Numbered from the stretch's first letter, positions 49,968-60,206 are shown. The stretch: DNA of 64,000 nt from Candidatus Brocadiia bacterium (GCA_046538485.1 JBKHIT010000002.1:135672-199671); one strand, 5' to 3'. Program-made: numbers and translations. Notes: generated by a model not told the origin, from the letters alone.

Positions 49968-50029
49968 GGTATGACTCCTTCCGAAATCAGTTAGAAAAAG
50001 TGAGTTTTCCTCTGACCTCCTTCGATCCT

Positions 50030-50065
50030 CATTACTATATCGTTCTAATCCGGGAAAAGGGTTCA
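50030..50065 (-). promoter_or_regulatory. Putative ECF sigma promoter (target gene)
   Basis: TGAACCC-16 bp-CGATA-TAG-TAATG; same layout as 52214-52249. Confidence 0.75.
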
Positions 50066-50118
50066 CTTTTTTTGATGATGCGGTACAAATGCGGTTAGGC
50101 TTGCTTTTTAACCGTAAT

Positions 50119-51648
50119 TCAGGGGCCGGTGGCCTCTTTCGATCCTTTGCGACTTGGAATTCCATTCGGGGCGGCTTCATTTTCCTTTCGGTGGTCTTTT
50201 ACTCCATGGTTATTTCTCTCGGCGGGGGGTTTTCCGAAAGGTGGGGCGTCTTTGCTCTCCGCCGTGCTCCCGCTCGACACGAAACCGGGAATGTGACAGA
50301 GCTCTGGGGGGGCGGTCTTGAGTAGTTGCTTCATACGGGTGGCGCTTCTGGATAAAAGCGATCGCAGCCGCCGCTGAGCCTCCTCGCGGCGCTGTCCTTC
50401 CGGTTCTCTGCGCAGTTGTTTTTCGGCCATTTGTACTGTGGCTCGCATGAGTGCTGCCTTCTGCCAGGCCATGGCGGGACGTTTCCGTTGGAGGCTGCGT
50501 TGCAAAGAACGCGACAGTTTCTCCAGATGCTGAAAGTGCATCTGGATGGCTTCATCGGCATTTTCAGAGGCAGCAAGTTTCAGGCGCATCTGCAGCTCCT
50601 GCTCCGCGAGCATCACCTCCTGTGCTGCGTCCCGCACGCCACTCCGCTGGGGTTTCGGCAGGTGTGCTGCCAGCACTTCGAGTGCTTCCTGGCAGCGGGC
50701 GGCGGTCCGATGTATATTGTTCGGTGCCTCGCGTTTTGGCTTCTCATCCCTTCCCGCAGCTCCGTCCCTCTCCGACCGCGCGGCCTCGGTTTTCGACCTT
50801 TCGGGTTTTGGGCTCTCCCCGACGGTGGTTTCCTTTTCGGGGGATTCCCGGACCTGTCCGCTGTCCTGGTTATCGGCGGTCCGGTCCGGCTGGTCCCGGA
50901 CTGGCCCTTCGGGAGTGGTCTGTTGGTCCGGTTCCTGGCGCCGGGCACTGTCTGGAATGCCGTTCTCCCGACCTGGCCCGTTGGTTTTCGGCTGTTCCTG
51001 ATCTCCGGTCCGCTCCTTTTCTTTTTCGTCTGAGGGGGGAAACTGTGTTTCTCGGCCGGCTGTCAACACTCTTTGGCCCCATGTTCCGGTCACGGCGATG
51101 CGCCCTTTAATAACCCTGACCTGCACACGAGTGGAGCTTTTTGTCCCCTCGGGTCCCAGAGCGGTTACCCGGAAACGGGTCCCGATGACCCGGATCCTGC
51201 CTGTTTCGAACCCGACAGAGAAACGTCCCCGTTCTGGCCTGACTGTGCAAGTAATACTTCCTTTATGCAGAAAAACTTGTTCTCTGTGGGGCTCCCCCTC
51301 GAGCCGCAACATGGTGCCTTCATTCATTTCGATTTTGCAGTAACCGCCGAGCGAGATCGATGCACCACCGGTGGCCTGCACCAGGGCACCTCTCTTCAGG
51401 GACTCGGCCTCCTTCAAAACGTAGCTGCCGGTCACCGACGATTCCGGGTAGCGCCCGGTGCGGAGAAACAAGAGTGCAGCTCCGACAACAAGCATCAGTG
51501 CAGCGGCCGTGGCGTAGAGCACCCTTCTTTTGTTGCGCGATCCATCGAACCGACGGCGCACCTCCTCACGTACGTCTGGTGCCTCTTCGGGACCGATCTC
51601 CTGTTTGAGAAGTGTATCTATAAATCTATCTTTGAAATAGTCTTTCAT
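50119..51648 (-). CDS. FecR-domain anti-sigma factor with C-terminal helical domain
   Basis: Short N-terminus, TM VLYATAAALMLVVGAALLFL, FecR motif RVIGTRFRV..V.V.KG.I.V, charged linker, helical C-terminus; ATGA-coupled to the sigma gene. Confidence 0.85.
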   Translation of the reverse strand: MKDYFKDRFIDTLLKQEIGPEEAPDVREEVRRRFDGSRNKRRVLYATAAALMLVVGAALLFLRTGRYPESSVTGSYVLKEAESLKRGALVQATGGASISLGGYCKIEMNEGTMLRLEGEPHREQVFLHKGSITCTVRPERGRFSVGFETGRIRVIGTRFRVTALGPEGTKSSTRVQVRVIKGRIAVTGTWGQRVLTAGRETQFPPSDEKEKERTGDQEQPKTNGPGRENGIPDSARRQEPDQQTTPEGPVRDQPDRTADNQDSGQVRESPEKETTVGESPKPERSKTEAARSERDGAAGRDEKPKREAPNNIHRTAARCQEALEVLAAHLPKPQRSGVRDAAQEVMLAEQELQMRLKLAASENADEAIQMHFQHLEKLSRSLQRSLQRKRPAMAWQKAALMRATVQMAEKQLRREPEGQRREEAQRRLRSLLSRSATRMKQLLKTAPPELCHIPGFVSSGSTAESKDAPPFGKPPAERNNHGVKDHRKENEAAPNGIPSRKGSKEATGP

Positions 51649-52166
51649 CTGTATTCCTCCCGCAGCAGGCGCGCCTCAACACATTTTAGCAATCTTGCTC
51701 TGACACGCCGAAGCAACGATTTTACGCCATTCTCGGTCAGGCCAAGTTTTTCGGCCATTTCCTTCCGCGAGTATTCTTCCCGGTAGCGCATCATCAGCAC
51801 TTTACGGTCCTTTTCCTCAAGTTCCTCCAGACATTTACGCAGGGCCCGGATATTCTCCGGTTTGGACTCCTGATCGTAGTTCGCAGCCCAGACCGTTTCC
51901 GCTACCTTAAGGAACTCTGAGCAAAGGTCCGGACGTCGTTCCCTGGCATTACACCAGCGCAAAAACATGTTCCGGGCTATCCCTCGCAGCCAGCCGATCT
52001 GATTCCCGGACTTTTCGACATCTTCCGGAAACCCTTTTTTGAGGGCCACCACGAAGGTTTTCTGAAGCAGATCTTCCGCAGTATTTTTGCCCGCACCCAA
52101 ATAGCGGAGATAATAGTAGAGCTCTTCCTGATGCTGTTCGACGATGCTGTCCAGCTCTTCTGTCAT
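51645..52166 (-). CDS. ECF RNA polymerase sigma factor
   Basis: AEDLLQKTF, WLRGIARN (region 2); region 4 EMAEKLG.TENGVKSLL.R.R..L..C. Confidence 0.92.
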   Translation of the reverse strand: MTEELDSIVEQHQEELYYYLRYLGAGKNTAEDLLQKTFVVALKKGFPEDVEKSGNQIGWLRGIARNMFLRWCNARERRPDLCSEFLKVAETVWAANYDQESKPENIRALRKCLEELEEKDRKVLMMRYREEYSRKEMAEKLGLTENGVKSLLRRVRARLLKCVEARLLREEYR

Positions 52167-52213
52167 GGTTCCATGATGTGATGATTAGATGAGGACCACT
52201 CCACTGGAGATCC

Positions 52214-52249
52214 CATTATCTTATCGAGTCTGCAGCTGCTAAGGGTGCA
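52214..52249 (-). promoter_or_regulatory. Putative ECF sigma autoregulatory promoter
   Basis: TGCACCC-16 bp-CGATA-AGA-TAATG, 48 bp upstream of the sigma start. Confidence 0.75.
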
Positions 52250-52532
52250 TTTATTTAGCTTTCATCTTACGGGAGTGGGCTATGTCAAACGGCAGATACC
52301 GTTTATAAACAACAATATACAACAACGCACAGTGTCCACATTTTCTGACCGCTATTATCGTGCCGAAAGCAGTCTGTGTTTGTGAAAAAGCCTTTTAAAG
52401 GCAGTCTGTTCCGGGCCGTTTTTCGTGCGAAAACACCTTTACATGGAGGTGAACCGCCGATTACAGTCAGAGTCCCGGGCGGATTTTTGGGTGAAAAAGA
52501 CTTTGGATGGTATCCGGGAAAAGAAGAGCTAC

Positions 52533-53225
52533 TTACTCGGTTTCGCCTTCGAGTTCTTCTGAGTGATCTTCGGTGGGGTAGAGGTGGGAGACGTAGTTAG
52601 CGATATCCAGGGTATGTTCCCCAATAAACTCCAGAGATCGGCCGACCAGAATGAGCGCTGTCCCCACTTCGGCGGGTAAATTCTGTTCCTCGACCATCTC
52701 CTCCTTGACCCGTTCGACGAGGTCGTCGTTGAGGGAACTCAGTTCGCGAAAAACCAGATGCTGGCTTTGCGCTTCGGCTCCGTCGCGATTCACAAAAGCT
52801 TCGATGCTATCGCTGTAGATGCTTTGACTCAGCTCCACCATTCGAGGGAGTATTTCTGTGCAGGGGCCGGGCGGAATTTCACCGGCGGGGCAGGCTTGCA
52901 TGCGTTTTGAGATAGCGACTGCCTGATCGGCCATCATGCGCAGATTGAGAGCCATTTTAATCGCTGCGCAGACAAACTGAACGTCATCCAGTTCCAATTT
53001 TCCCGTGCTGAGCAAGTCGGAGGCAAGGGTGTCGACCCGCAACCATTCTTGATGGGCTTTGTAGTCTTCGACCTTTGCCTCTCTGGCAGCAGCGATATCA
53101 TTGTCGACTAAAGCTACGGTTGCTTCAGTGAACGCAGACTCCACAATACCGGCGAGGGATAGAATCTGATTTTTAAGGGTGCGCAGCTCTTCTTCGGCAT
53201 CGGGTGGAAGATTTTCTTGTTTCAT
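52533..53225 (-). CDS. phoU: PhoU family protein
   Basis: Two PhoU helical repeats (NLRMMADQA, SLEFIGEH); no pst genes adjacent. Confidence 0.8.
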   Translation of the reverse strand: MKQENLPPDAEEELRTLKNQILSLAGIVESAFTEATVALVDNDIAAAREAKVEDYKAHQEWLRVDTLASDLLSTGKLELDDVQFVCAAIKMALNLRMMADQAVAISKRMQACPAGEIPPGPCTEILPRMVELSQSIYSDSIEAFVNRDGAEAQSQHLVFRELSSLNDDLVERVKEEMVEEQNLPAEVGTALILVGRSLEFIGEHTLDIANYVSHLYPTEDHSEELEGETE

Positions 53226-53334
53226 AACACGATAAGTATAATGGATGGGCCAAGGTTGTAAAACCGAACATTATGCGAAAGTGGAACTTCCCTGGATGGT
53301 TTGGTGGGAGCGGATCCAACGAGGAAGGCGTCCG

Positions 53335-55377
53335 TCAGTCTTTATCGTTGTTCTTTTTGGAACTTTTGGCCTGTTTGCTTTTTTTCTGCTGTTCTTCAAG
53401 GTGATCCATGAGTTTCCCCAAAAGCCCTTTTTCTTTCGGTTTCCAGTCCCGTTTGTCGGGGCTTTTTTCCTTTTCGCCCTCATCCACCGGTTTGAGTTCC
53501 ATATCGGCGATATGACGGCGGATATACCAGTGCTGAAGAGCACCAAATCCGCTACTGGCTGCGATATACAGGACAAGACCGCTGGCGAAACGGTAGAACA
53601 TAACAGCGAACAGCACGGGCATCCATTTCATAAATTTTTGTTGTTGCTGCGCGCGTTCATCCTGGGGTTTCGGCATCAGATGTTGGTTGAGCATCCACAT
53701 GGCGACCATGATGAAGGGAAGGATGTTGAGTTCATTTCCCATAATCGGCAGATTCCAGGGCAGGTGCCAGACGGTATCTGATTGACTCAGGTCTTCAATC
53801 CAGCCCGGTATGAATGTTGCCTGCCGCAGCTGTATTGATGTGCGGAGGGTGGTAAACAGCGAGATGAAGACTGGCATCTGCAGCAGCATCGGCCAGCATC
53901 CGCTGAGCGGATGGGCACCGTATTCCCGGTAGAGTTTCATCTGTTCCTGGACCATCTTCTGCTGATCGTCGCCATATTTGCTTTGGAGTGCCTTAATTCT
54001 CGGTTGCAGCAGCTTAACCTTGTGCATGCTGATCTGACTGCGTTTTGTCAGCGGATGCAGGGCTGACCTGACAAGAACAGTGAGCAGAAGCACAGCGATA
54101 CCGTAATTCGGGATAATGCCATGGAAAAACTCCAGAATCCAGACCATCAAAGGTGTAAGAATGGAAAGGGTGCCCAGAGAGATGATGTTTGTGATCCAGT
54201 GCATTGTCCCGAAACGGAAATTGTTGGTCAGTCCTTCGCCGTAGGCATCGAGAGGTTTTTTAAGTTTGGGGCAAGTGATGAATCTGTAGCCACGAGACGC
54301 CGATTCTTTGGGGGCGAGATTGAAGACGGTTGATCGGAGCAGAACGGTTGCATTCTGGCCGGCAATTTCGCGTCTTTCGGCACGTTTTTTGTCAGGTATT
54401 GGCGTTTCTTCCCACCGTCCGGTTGCATCCAGGAGGTGGGTGTCGGTTATCGGCAAAATTTTGACCTCTTTGGTCCAGCTGCTTTCTTCTTGGGTCGCTG
54501 TGGGCCAGCTCAGGGCGACGAAATACTGATTCATGACGCCGGCCCACTGAATATTGGTGGATTTGTTAACGTCCGTTTCCCCCCCCCCGGTTTGAGAGAT
54601 GTCAAATCCATCGTCTTTGCTGCGTCCAACGACAGCTCCCAGGTAACGACTTTCCATGTTCTCGCGTTCGATGCCTGCGGCATTTCGCAGTTCAAAGCTG
54701 AGGGAAATGTTTTTATCAGTCGGATTGATGAATTGCAGACGGACACTAAGGTGGTGAGTATCGGGTTCAATCGTAACGATTTTTCTGAGGTTCAGCTGCA
54801 GTCCCCGGTGCGTGGTCTCCGCGGTCGTTATTTGTGCTTCAAAAACTATTTCATTCGGGTTGTCACTTTCGACGATTCTGTAGTTAAGCTTTTCAGTATC
54901 CACTTCGATGGGCCCCCACACTTCGGCATCATCTGGAGGCGAGTGGAAACTTACACTTGTGATCACATCGCTGAAGGTGTTCTTTTGAAAATCCCTGACG
55001 AGCGTCAGAACGGGCCGTTCTTTTTCCTTTTTGGCTTTGAAATAAGGAGCTTTGTATTTCCGTAGCTTGACGAATTCGATCCCCGCTCCCGTATTTGTCC
55101 ATGATGCCTGGATATTTTTGTTTTGAAGAACGATCCCGCTGACTTTCTTCACGTCAGCGGTCGCTGCTATTGGTTGGGGCTCCTTTTCGTCTTTTTCGTT
55201 TTTGCCTGCGACCGGTTGTTCTTCGGTTTCTTCTGGTTCCTGCGGTCTTTCAGCCTCCTTTTCCCGGGCGGGGGGTTGTGGTTGCTGATTCCCACCGCTT
55301 ACAGACAAAAAGACGTACCACCCCACAATAATGGCAACGCTCATCAACAGGAAGTGGACGAAAGTTTTTTTATCCAT
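53335..55377 (-). CDS. yidC: Membrane protein insertase
   Basis: N-terminal TM, large periplasmic domain, NYGIAVLLLT.LVR, GCWPMLLQMP, WIEDLS, GLVLY. Confidence 0.95.
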   Translation of the reverse strand: MDKKTFVHFLLMSVAIIVGWYVFLSVSGGNQQPQPPAREKEAERPQEPEETEEQPVAGKNEKDEKEPQPIAATADVKKVSGIVLQNKNIQASWTNTGAGIEFVKLRKYKAPYFKAKKEKERPVLTLVRDFQKNTFSDVITSVSFHSPPDDAEVWGPIEVDTEKLNYRIVESDNPNEIVFEAQITTAETTHRGLQLNLRKIVTIEPDTHHLSVRLQFINPTDKNISLSFELRNAAGIERENMESRYLGAVVGRSKDDGFDISQTGGGETDVNKSTNIQWAGVMNQYFVALSWPTATQEESSWTKEVKILPITDTHLLDATGRWEETPIPDKKRAERREIAGQNATVLLRSTVFNLAPKESASRGYRFITCPKLKKPLDAYGEGLTNNFRFGTMHWITNIISLGTLSILTPLMVWILEFFHGIIPNYGIAVLLLTVLVRSALHPLTKRSQISMHKVKLLQPRIKALQSKYGDDQQKMVQEQMKLYREYGAHPLSGCWPMLLQMPVFISLFTTLRTSIQLRQATFIPGWIEDLSQSDTVWHLPWNLPIMGNELNILPFIMVAMWMLNQHLMPKPQDERAQQQQKFMKWMPVLFAVMFYRFASGLVLYIAASSGFGALQHWYIRRHIADMELKPVDEGEKEKSPDKRDWKPKEKGLLGKLMDHLEEQQKKSKQAKSSKKNNDKD

Positions 55378-55494
55378 TAAACGACTCGTGATTGGATTAA
55401 CGACGAGAGTGGTCGGATTTCATGTTTACTCAAATAGTAGATGGTGAAGTGTTTCCGCCGGAAGCCAGTAGGATATCGCATCTCTGGAATAGTC

Positions 55495-56250
55495 TCAGCG
55501 ACCCTGGAGGAGACGTTCAGCGAGAAAAGGATCCAGTTCCGGGATGTTCCGGATTTTTTCGACCGTTTTTTTGAGAGGATATGAAACCTTGCGGAACGTG
55601 ATTTCGTCTCCTTCCAGCAAAACATAAGAAGCACGGAGGTCACCATCTCGAGGCTGGCCAACGCTGCCCACATTCACCAGTGTTTTTTTCTCTTCGGTGA
55701 ACTGATAGTAGTAATTGACTTCTTTCGGGGTCATATACACCATATCGTCAGTCCATACACCTGGAACGTGTGTGTGGCCGAGGAAACAGACGCGTTCGAT
55801 TATGCTGAACACATCTTGAAGTTTATCAGGTCGATAGATATCACGGGGGTAAATGTACTCAGCGATGTAATCACGGGGGGACCCATGGACAAAGCACATT
55901 TCATCTTGTTCGTAATATTCGCGGAGCCCCCCCAAAAAGTCCCAACGAGGTCTATTCTCTTCACGGTCTTCGGACAACATGTCGAGTTGTTGACGTGTCC
56001 AATCGATCGAACTTTTCGCTTTGACGTTGAACGTTGCACCTTCCATTTGCACCAGCAGGGCCTGTTCATGGTTTCCCTGAAGAGCGATATTGAAATCCAT
56101 CGCCAGGTCGATACATCGTTTGGGCTCAGGGCCGTATCCGATCACATCGCCCAGGCAAATGATTTCTGAGACATCATGCTGGTTGATATCTTCCAACACG
56201 GCTTCCAATGCACAAGCATTGGCATGGATATCGGAAAGAATAGCTCGCAC
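55495..56250 (-). CDS. Metallophosphoesterase (YfcE/PPP-like)
   Basis: SDIHAN, GDVIGYG, GNHE, HGSP, GHTH, GSVGQPRD. Confidence 0.9.
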   Translation of the reverse strand: MRAILSDIHANACALEAVLEDINQHDVSEIICLGDVIGYGPEPKRCIDLAMDFNIALQGNHEQALLVQMEGATFNVKAKSSIDWTRQQLDMLSEDREENRPRWDFLGGLREYYEQDEMCFVHGSPRDYIAEYIYPRDIYRPDKLQDVFSIIERVCFLGHTHVPGVWTDDMVYMTPKEVNYYYQFTEEKKTLVNVGSVGQPRDGDLRASYVLLEGDEITFRKVSYPLKKTVEKIRNIPELDPFLAERLLQGR

Positions 56251-56392
56251 GTATCTGCCTTTCCTGCTTGGGCGCCTTTTGCAGTTCCCGACTGAGCCAT
56301 AGCATACCAAATTTCTCTCATTGAACCCGCGTCGGGCTACGGAACTGCGGTATTCTAACAGAATGGGGGGGGAAGCTCAACTAAGAAGGTTT

Positions 56393-57250
56393 TTACGGCT
56401 CTCTGCCGTCATCCGGGACTTCTTTTGCGGCGTCTTCATTGATGTCAGTTTCTTCTGGCGCGGCTCGCTCGATCCATATATGTGTCTGTCCCTCCTCCGC
56501 TTGATGAAGCTCTATCTTTTTCTGTTTCGCCAGCTCAAGGAGGGCAAGAAAAACACCGATGACTCTTGCGCGGGAGCGATCGCTGCGGAAAAGTTTCAAA
56601 AATTGTACACGTCCCTCTCCTTTGTCAAGGGTTTCAACAACCTCTTCAATGTATGTGGCCACCGGCACCTCATCATACACAATCTGATGCGGTTGCGACA
56701 TTTCGATCTGACGAACGACTTCAGCATAGGCTGATACCAGCTCCCACAGTCCGACATCTTCCAGAATTTCGTCCAGTGAGAACTCTTTCTGTGGCTGATC
56801 AACTTGTGATTCCGGGGGGATACGGTTGTAACGCATGGCCCGGTGAGCGGCAAGATCCTGGAGGCGGTTAGCAGCTTTTTTGAAGCGTTTATATTGCAGC
56901 AGCTGGTGGACGAGTTGATCGCCGGGGTCCTCTTGCTCTTCGTCCTCATCAATACTTTCAGGCAGTAGAGAACGGCTTTTGATATCCATCAGGGTGGCTG
57001 CCATAACCAGAAATTCTGCCGCCACATTGACGTCGAATGCCTGGAAGGTCTGTAGGGCTATGAGATACTGGTCCGTTATCTCTGAGATTTCAATTTCAAG
57101 AACGTCGACCTCTTTCTGCTTGATCAAATAAAGCAGGAGATCGAGGGGACCACTGAAAACCTCCAGTTCCGCCCGGAACGAATCCACCGACAGGTTGAGT
57201 GATCCCGGTGGAGAACCAGTCGAATCGTTAGGATTTTTTCCGTTATCCAT
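56393..57250 (-). CDS. scpA: Segregation and condensation protein A (kleisin)
   Basis: FSGPLDLLLYLI, EFLVMAATL..IKSR.LLP, FLALLEL. Confidence 0.93.
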   Translation of the reverse strand: MDNGKNPNDSTGSPPGSLNLSVDSFRAELEVFSGPLDLLLYLIKQKEVDVLEIEISEITDQYLIALQTFQAFDVNVAAEFLVMAATLMDIKSRSLLPESIDEDEEQEDPGDQLVHQLLQYKRFKKAANRLQDLAAHRAMRYNRIPPESQVDQPQKEFSLDEILEDVGLWELVSAYAEVVRQIEMSQPHQIVYDEVPVATYIEEVVETLDKGEGRVQFLKLFRSDRSRARVIGVFLALLELAKQKKIELHQAEEGQTHIWIERAAPEETDINEDAAKEVPDDGREP

Positions 57251-57251
57251 G

Positions 57252-57941
57252 TCAGGTAAAGAGGCCAGCAGTGGCGATTAGATCTAAAATACTTTGGCCG
57301 GAAACAGCGCCCCCCACAACTTGCGATGGGATTACGACCAGCCACGAAAGGATATTGATGCCTGTGAGGAAAGGCAGGGCGATGAGCCCTATGAGAACAA
57401 GCATGCCGTATTGTGAGTTAAAACGACTGTACTCAACAGAATACGGGTACGGCAGAAGCCCTTCCATAATGTGATGTCCATCCAGAGGGCCAATCGGCAG
57501 GAGATTAAAGATTGCGAGCGCAAAGTTTAACAGTATCATGAAAGCCAGGAACCCGCCTAAAAGAGTGGCCTTACTGTAACTCGCCCAAATCGCTTCCGGT
57601 GCGACCGTGCCTATAAGCCGCAGGACCAAAGACCAAAAAAAAGCCTGGACAATATTGGACAATGGCCCGCAAAAGCTCGTAATAATGTTATCTCGTACAG
57701 GATTACGGAAATTGGCGGGATTGATCTGCACAGGTTTGGCCCAGCCTATTGGAGCAAAAAGAATCATCAAGGTCCCGATCGGATCAAGGTGCGCCAGAGG
57801 GTTAAGGGTGAGACGCCCCTGGAGCCGGGGAGTGGGATCGCCGGCTCTTACGGCGCTCCACGCGTGTGAAAATTCGTGCAATGTGAGAGCCGGCAAAAGA
57901 GCCAGCAACCGGATGATTGCAGTACGCATAAAGTCCAGCAT
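57252..57941 (-). CDS. Site-2 protease (M50 family)
   Basis: HEFSH, GRLTLNPLAHLD, GWAKPV, FNLLPIGPLDG. Confidence 0.92.
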   Translation of the reverse strand: MLDFMRTAIIRLLALLPALTLHEFSHAWSAVRAGDPTPRLQGRLTLNPLAHLDPIGTLMILFAPIGWAKPVQINPANFRNPVRDNIITSFCGPLSNIVQAFFWSLVLRLIGTVAPEAIWASYSKATLLGGFLAFMILLNFALAIFNLLPIGPLDGHHIMEGLLPYPYSVEYSRFNSQYGMLVLIGLIALPFLTGINILSWLVVIPSQVVGGAVSGQSILDLIATAGLFT

Positions 57942-58085
57942 TGTTCAGCTCAGTTCTATCCGAAAACGCAAAAAAGGAAAAACAAAGTGGCAGCAAACAA
58001 AACTGTGCAGAATTATTATATCCTACCGGCCCGGTACGCCCTCGTGCAAAGAAACTCTGATTACTCGGGCCTTAAAAAGTGTGGA

Positions 58086-58655
58086 TTACAGGCCGCCCAG
58101 CGTTTCTTCCAGGATTCCGCAAAGTATGTGAATAATGATGCCATGTGCTTCCTGAATGCGTGCAGTTTTGTGGGCGGGAACACATAAAATCCCGTCGCAG
58201 AAGGCTTCCATTTTGTGCCCGTCTTCTCCCGTGAGCCCAACTGTGCAAGCGCCCTTTTTGCGAGCAAGTTCGAGGGCTTCAAGGACGTTTTGTGAATTGC
58301 CGCTTGTGGATATGCCAAGCACGATATCCCCTTCTTTGACAAGCGCTTCGACCTGACGGGTGAAAATGGCCGATCCGCCGTAATCGTTGGACACGGCCGT
58401 CAGGACGCTGGTGTCGGTAGTCAGCGCCACGCACGGAAGCCCCTGACGTTCCCGTTCGAACCGCCCGACAAGTTCGCCAGCCAGATGTTGCGCATCGGCC
58501 GCGCTGCCCCCGTTCCCCATCACGTAGAGGGTTGCGCCATTTTGCATGTGCTTGAGGATGATATTAACAAACTTTAACACACTTTCTGCATTTTCGGCCA
58601 GTTGGTTATGGACCTCGGCACTACGTCTCAGTATTTTTTCAATCGTTTCCTTCAT
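58086..58655 (-). CDS. gmhA: Phosphoheptose isomerase
   Basis: GNGGSAADAQH, NDYG, STSGNS, RIQEAH. Confidence 0.95.
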   Translation of the reverse strand: MKETIEKILRRSAEVHNQLAENAESVLKFVNIILKHMQNGATLYVMGNGGSAADAQHLAGELVGRFERERQGLPCVALTTDTSVLTAVSNDYGGSAIFTRQVEALVKEGDIVLGISTSGNSQNVLEALELARKKGACTVGLTGEDGHKMEAFCDGILCVPAHKTARIQEAHGIIIHILCGILEETLGGL

Positions 58656-60135
58656 TATTCTCGGTAATCCTTCGAATCAATTCTGTCGTGGAAAGCCCCT
58701 CAACTTTTGGGGCAAGTTTAACCTGACCTCCATAGGATTCCACAAATTCATAGCCGACAACCCCCGTCTTATCGTAATCTCCGCCTTTAACAAGCACGTC
58801 CGGTTGCAACTGTTTGATCAGCGGCAGGACACTTCTTTCTTCGAAGATGACCACGTAATCGACATGTGGGAGACTGGCAAGCGTTCGGGCGCGTGCATCT
58901 TCCGAATTGATCGGGCGCGATGACCCTTTGAGTTCACGCACGGACCGATCACTGTTAACCGCTACCACGAGTTCATCGGCCTGCTGACCGGCGAAACGGA
59001 TGAGTTCCATATGACCGAGATGAAGGAGATCGAAAACGCCATTCGTGAAAGCAACGCTTTTCCCCTGTTTGCGGCCTTCGTCGAGGATATTCTGGAGTTC
59101 ATCGCGGGTCTTGATTTTGCGGAGTCCCGGCGAGGACTCGGAGCGGAGATCGGCTATCATTTCGGCCCGTGAGATTGGTGAAGCTCCCTGGCGGCTTACC
59201 TCCATTCCCGCGGCAGCATTGGCCAGAGCAACCGCGTCATCAAGGGGAGTCTGCTCGGCTATAGCCAGAGAGATCATGGCGGCGACCATATCCCCCGCCC
59301 CTGTAACGTCGAGCACAGACCGCGGCTTTGTTGCTACGTGGCGTTCAGTACCTTCGGCCGTTGCGTAGAACATCCCTTCCCGATCGAGGGTAATTATCAC
59401 ATTTTCAAGATCAAGATCTTTGAGCAATTGCTCTGCAGCTTCGCGGTAACTGCCGACATTTTCAAGCTGAGTTTTAGTGGCCGCTTCGGTTTCCAGCCTG
59501 TTCGGGAGAAGATAGTCGGCACTGTGGTAACCAGAGTAATCCTCGCTGCATTCCGGGTCGACAATGACGCGTTTACTTGCATTACGGGCTGTTTGAATGA
59601 GTTTTTGCAGCAAGCTCGGTGTGAATAACCCTTTGGCCATATCCTGAATCAGCACAACATCCGCCCCATCGAGTGAAGTTTTGACCTGTTTGAGGACCTT
59701 GTCGGCGATCTCGGAAGGGATGGGGTCGGTGATTTCTTCGTCAACCCGGACGATTTGTTGAAGACCTCGTCCGGCGGATTGGACGTATCCCAGGTAGCGG
59801 GTTTTCAGAACGGTGGGGCGGTCCGCACTTGGGATCAGACCGGTGGTATCGGCTCCTGCTGCTTGCAGTTCCCGTCTGAGCTCTTTGGCGGCCGGATCCT
59901 GGCCAATAACTCCCACGCACGAGACCGAACATTCAAGGGCACAGAGCATTGAGGCAACGCTACCGGCGCCGCCGGGACGATGTTCCTTGCGATCGACGTG
60001 GAGAATCGGGATTGGTCCTTCGGGCGAGACCCGACTGACCCGGCCCCAGACATAGGTGTCGAGCATAAGGTCGCCGACGACGCAGATTCGGGGGTTGCCC
60101 AGATTTTCAGACACCTCGAGAAGACGATTTTGCAC
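58639..60135 (-). CDS. hldE: Bifunctional heptose 7-phosphate kinase / heptose 1-phosphate adenylyltransferase
   Basis: GDLMLD, RVSPEGP, DVTGAGD, FTNGVFDLLHLGH, KGGDY, STT. Confidence 0.95.
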   Translation of the reverse strand: MQNRLLEVSENLGNPRICVVGDLMLDTYVWGRVSRVSPEGPIPILHVDRKEHRPGGAGSVASMLCALECSVSCVGVIGQDPAAKELRRELQAAGADTTGLIPSADRPTVLKTRYLGYVQSAGRGLQQIVRVDEEITDPIPSEIADKVLKQVKTSLDGADVVLIQDMAKGLFTPSLLQKLIQTARNASKRVIVDPECSEDYSGYHSADYLLPNRLETEAATKTQLENVGSYREAAEQLLKDLDLENVIITLDREGMFYATAEGTERHVATKPRSVLDVTGAGDMVAAMISLAIAEQTPLDDAVALANAAAGMEVSRQGASPISRAEMIADLRSESSPGLRKIKTRDELQNILDEGRKQGKSVAFTNGVFDLLHLGHMELIRFAGQQADELVVAVNSDRSVRELKGSSRPINSEDARARTLASLPHVDYVVIFEERSVLPLIKQLQPDVLVKGGDYDKTGVVGYEFVESYGGQVKLAPKVEGLSTTELIRRITENNEGND

Positions 60136-60171
60136 CGATTGGATCCTTTCTGAGGAAGATCACCTGCATGA

Positions 60172-60201
60172 AATATAGAAAAAGCGGTGGGCTGATGTCA
60201 A
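60172..60201 (-). promoter_or_regulatory. Sigma70-type promoter for hldE-gmhA
   Basis: TTGACA-18 bp-TATATT on the minus strand. Confidence 0.5.
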
Positions 60202-60206
60202 CGCCC

